A stretch of 26,039 bases of DNA, from positions 1-26,039 of IMG/VR virus record IMGVR_UViG_2690315742_000005; one strand, written 5' to 3'. Positions within the stretch are counted from its first letter, which is position 1; each line of letters starts with the position of its first letter. This document shows positions 23,548 through 26,039 of the stretch, piece after piece. Below the pieces are notes generated by a model. It saw nothing but the letters and a program-made list of their open reading frames with translations. It was not told where the DNA came from and did no database searches. The DNA is from a virus. Lineage: Duplodnaviria; Heunggongvirae; Uroviricota; Caudoviricetes. The position numbers were made by a program, and so were the translations under genes.

Positions 23548-24063
23548 TCAGAGGCCGAGGGCGTTGCGGTGCGCTTCCATCAGGTCCACACCGTCCACAA
23601 TTTCCACCATGTTGATAAGGTCCACTTCATAGAGCACCTCACCATTGATGGTCAGCTTCGCGTAGCTGTTGGTACTGGTCACTTTGGTGGTGTTGCTTTC
23701 GCCCGTCTTCCACTCACCGGAATCCACTTCTTTGTGACGTCCACGTACCACAAGCTCCACGGGCTGCACTTCCCCGGTATCGTCACGCTGGATAGAGCCG
23801 GTAAAGCGCAGCTGGATGCCATCCACCGTGGCTTTGCCCATCTGCTTAAACAGCAGCAGTTCAGTACCACCAATGGAAAATTCTGTATCCAGTGCACTGT
23901 CATCCAGTCCCAGATCCACATCCACCGCCCCCGGCATACCGCCGCCGCGATACTTCTCATATTTGCGGGTGAATTTCGGCAGCGTCAGCGACTCAACGAT
24001 TCCCTGCCAGTTGTTCCCGTCGTTAAACAGGTTCAGATGTTTTAATTTGCGTGGTAAAGCCAT
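23548..24063 (-). CDS. FII: major tail tube protein FII
   Basis: 171-aa ORF; N-terminus MALPRKLKHLNLFNDGNNWQG and position downstream of the sheath gene fit P2 FII. Confidence 0.85.
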   Translation of the reverse strand: MALPRKLKHLNLFNDGNNWQGIVESLTLPKFTRKYEKYRGGGMPGAVDVDLGLDDSALDTEFSIGGTELLLFKQMGKATVDGIQLRFTGSIQRDDTGEVQPVELVVRGRHKEVDSGEWKTGESNTTKVTSTNSYAKLTINGEVLYEVDLINMVEIVDGVDLMEAHRNALGL

Positions 24064-24072
24064 GTTGTCCCC

Positions 24073-25245
24073 TTACGCGCTGACCTGGCTGGCGAAATTC
24101 ACCAGGTACTGATCGGTGATGCGCTGGCGCAGCATCAGATTTTCAAGTGGCGGCACTGGCGTGTAGTCGTAGTCGATGGTGAGTTTTCCGGCTTTAAGCG
24201 TGTCTTTGTCGTTCACCGACTCATCCAACCAGCAATCACCACCAATGAGATAGCCCTGACTGACCAGGTTGCGCATTTTGGCGCGGATACCTTCGATAAT
24301 GTCGCGGGCCAGCGACGGGTTCAGCGGTTTGTCCACCGCCCACATATGTGCTTCTGCCATTGTGTCCATCAGTACCTGCGCTGTGCGGGTGTAGTTTTCG
24401 AAGGCAAAAAGCGGATCATCGCTCAGACAGCGGGAACCCCAGAAGCGGAAACCATCCTTGCGCACAAGCGTGGTGACGTCGTTCTGGTTAAGCAGTCCCG
24501 CATCGGTTGCCGGGTCCTGCAGATCCCAGAACACATCAGCAGAAATTCCGGTGACACCGTTCACGCCCACGTTGGACAGGCTTTTGTGCCACCCGGTCTG
24601 CTCATCAATTTTGGCACGCAGACCAAGCGCACGGGCGGTGGCATATGCCGTTGCTTCGGCATTCAGCACCGTGTCCCAGCCAGTAAAGTCGGGCCAGATC
24701 AGCATCCCTTCGCGCTGGCTGAAGTTTTCACGGTAAGTGATTGCCTCCTGCACAGTCTTGCAGCCATACGCTGACAGGTAAGCAAACCCACGCAGGCTTT
24801 GCGCCACACTCAGCAACTCAGTAGCTACCGCCTTGGTGTCGTGACCTGGTACACCCAGAATGCGCGGTTTAACGCCGAGCTGTGACTGAGCAGATAACAG
24901 AGCTTTCATGCCTGTTTTTTTACCTTCAGCAGTCACTGCGCCGATGATATTGGTCGTGGTTTCTTCTTCCGTTTCACCCTGCGGCACACGCACAACAACG
25001 GTCACGGGTTTTGCCTGGTCAGCGATGGCATCCAGCGAACGGGCCAGCGTGCCGGACTCACCCGCTTTACCGCTGGCAGTCAGCACATCAGTGATCAGCA
25101 CGGGTTTATTAAGAGGAAACATTTTTGCATCGGCATCATCGCCCGTGCAGACCATACCCACGATGGCGGTGCTCACCGTGGTAATGGATCGGGTGCCTTC
25201 GTTGACTTCAACAACGCGCACCCCGTGGTGGTAATCCTGAGCCAT
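24073..25245 (-). CDS. FI: contractile tail sheath protein FI
   Basis: 390-aa ORF; long identical stretches to P2 FI as I recall it ([112 protein letters not shown]). Confidence 0.9.
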   Translation of the reverse strand: MAQDYHHGVRVVEVNEGTRSITTVSTAIVGMVCTGDDADAKMFPLNKPVLITDVLTASGKAGESGTLARSLDAIADQAKPVTVVVRVPQGETEEETTTNIIGAVTAEGKKTGMKALLSAQSQLGVKPRILGVPGHDTKAVATELLSVAQSLRGFAYLSAYGCKTVQEAITYRENFSQREGMLIWPDFTGWDTVLNAEATAYATARALGLRAKIDEQTGWHKSLSNVGVNGVTGISADVFWDLQDPATDAGLLNQNDVTTLVRKDGFRFWGSRCLSDDPLFAFENYTRTAQVLMDTMAEAHMWAVDKPLNPSLARDIIEGIRAKMRNLVSQGYLIGGDCWLDESVNDKDTLKAGKLTIDYDYTPVPPLENLMLRQRITDQYLVNFASQVSA

Positions 25246-25387
25246 AGTGGCGAACCTCCTGATTGGATTAGGCTTCGCCCTATGTTGAAGTGATTGTGCC
25301 TGACAAACAGCTAAGCGCAGTTGTACCGTTATTCACACAAAATGACGGTATTTGTCTGCTTTCAGGGATAATCAAAATAAAGCTGAT

Positions 25388-25960
25388 TCAGGGAGATTTA
25401 TTGCTCTTATTTGCCGGAAGTTTTCGATAAATGGTAGAAACGCCTACATCAAAAATCAGTGCAATACGCTGTCTTGATTCTCCGGCCTCGAGTAAACGTC
25501 CAATCTGTGCCCACTGTTCAGTGGTCAACTTAGGACGGCGTCCACCTACTCTGCCTTTAGCACGAGCTGCAGCCAGCCCTGCCCGGGTACGTTCAACTAT
25601 CAGTTCGCGTTCCATTTCAGCCAGGGCACCCATGACATGAAAAAAGAAACGGCCCATTGGGGTACTGGTATCAATACTGTCAGTCAGGCTTCGGAAATTC
25701 ACACCACGCTGGCGCAACTCTTCTATCAGCGTAACAAGATGCCGCATACTGCGCCCCAACCTGTCCAGCTTCCAGACAACCAGCGTGTCTCCTGCCAATA
25801 GTGTCCTGAGCAGTTTTTTAAGCCCCGGTCTGTCGGACTTAGTGCCACTGATTTTGTCCTCAAAAATCCGCTCACATCCCGCGCAGTTCAGCGCATTACG
25901 TTGCAAATCGGTGTTCTGGTCATTTGTTGACACGCGTACATAGCCAATAAGCATGATCAT
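25388..25960 (-). CDS. serine-recombinase DNA invertase (Gin/Hin/Pin/Cin family)
   Basis: 190-aa ORF; N-terminal catalytic domain MLIGYVRVSTNDQNTDLQ (active-site Ser in RVST.DQ) and C-terminal HTH (GESRQRIALIFDVGVSTIYRK); located between tail sheath and the expected tail-fibre region. Confidence 0.9.
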   Translation of the reverse strand: MIMLIGYVRVSTNDQNTDLQRNALNCAGCERIFEDKISGTKSDRPGLKKLLRTLLAGDTLVVWKLDRLGRSMRHLVTLIEELRQRGVNFRSLTDSIDTSTPMGRFFFHVMGALAEMERELIVERTRAGLAAARAKGRVGGRRPKLTTEQWAQIGRLLEAGESRQRIALIFDVGVSTIYRKLPANKSNKSP

Positions 25961-26009
25961 CTCCCTGAATAAAAATAGGGGATGATGCCAGTTAGCCGTA
26001 ATCGCTGCA

Positions 26010-26035
26010 TTTTCTTAAACGTTGGTTTGGGAGAA
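26010..26035. promoter_or_regulatory. candidate invertase crossover site (gix/hix-like imperfect 26-bp dyad) at the edge of an invertible segment
   Basis: TTTTCTTAAACG-TT-GGTTTGGGAGAA: half-sites share TT.TC...AAAC(C), resembling hixL TTCTTGAAAACC-AA-GGTTTTTGATAA as I recall it; about 50 bp upstream of the invertase start. Confidence 0.45.
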
Positions 26036-26039
26036 GGCG

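Overview
The window appears to be the junction of two prophage-derived gene sets, separated by a 30-bp copy of the 3' end of tmRNA (ssrA) at 17459..17488. All calls rest on reading the six-frame translations and the DNA by eye; no database search was run.

Left part (1..~17.4 kb), mostly minus strand, is a lambdoid/HK97-like prophage arm: terminase large (N-terminal fragment) and small subunits, HNH endonuclease, a lysis cassette (two holin-like proteins, GH19 endolysin, overlapping Rz/Rz1 spanins), Q-like antiterminator, DUF968, KilA-N, RusA, a LexA DNA-binding-domain-only paralog, Dam-type methyltransferase, PerC-like regulator, an O-like replication initiator with internal iterons, then divergent cro-like and cI-like (S24 peptidase) repressor genes. 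On the plus strand follow an HD-domain hydrolase, DUF551-like protein, excisionase and tyrosine integrase.

Between the integrase and the ssrA core lies the most interesting feature: an AT-rich three-gene operon (15429..17317, minus strand) encoding a predicted GHKL/HATPase_c protein, a small STAS-like protein and a membrane protein. I could not match it to any named defence system from memory, so it is a candidate undescribed partner-switching-like defence or abortive-infection module.

Right part (17.5..26 kb) is a P2-like tail module on the minus strand: FI sheath, FII tube, E with a TTTTTTG -1 frameshift giving E+E', tape measure T, U, D and Ogr. It is flanked by a Gin/Hin/Pin-type DNA invertase with a crossover-like site at the window edge, and by a BRCT-domain cargo gene between ogr and the ssrA core.

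Other AT-rich single-gene cargo sits between Q and the holin and between Rz1 and HNH. No rRNA, intact tRNA or CRISPR array was seen.
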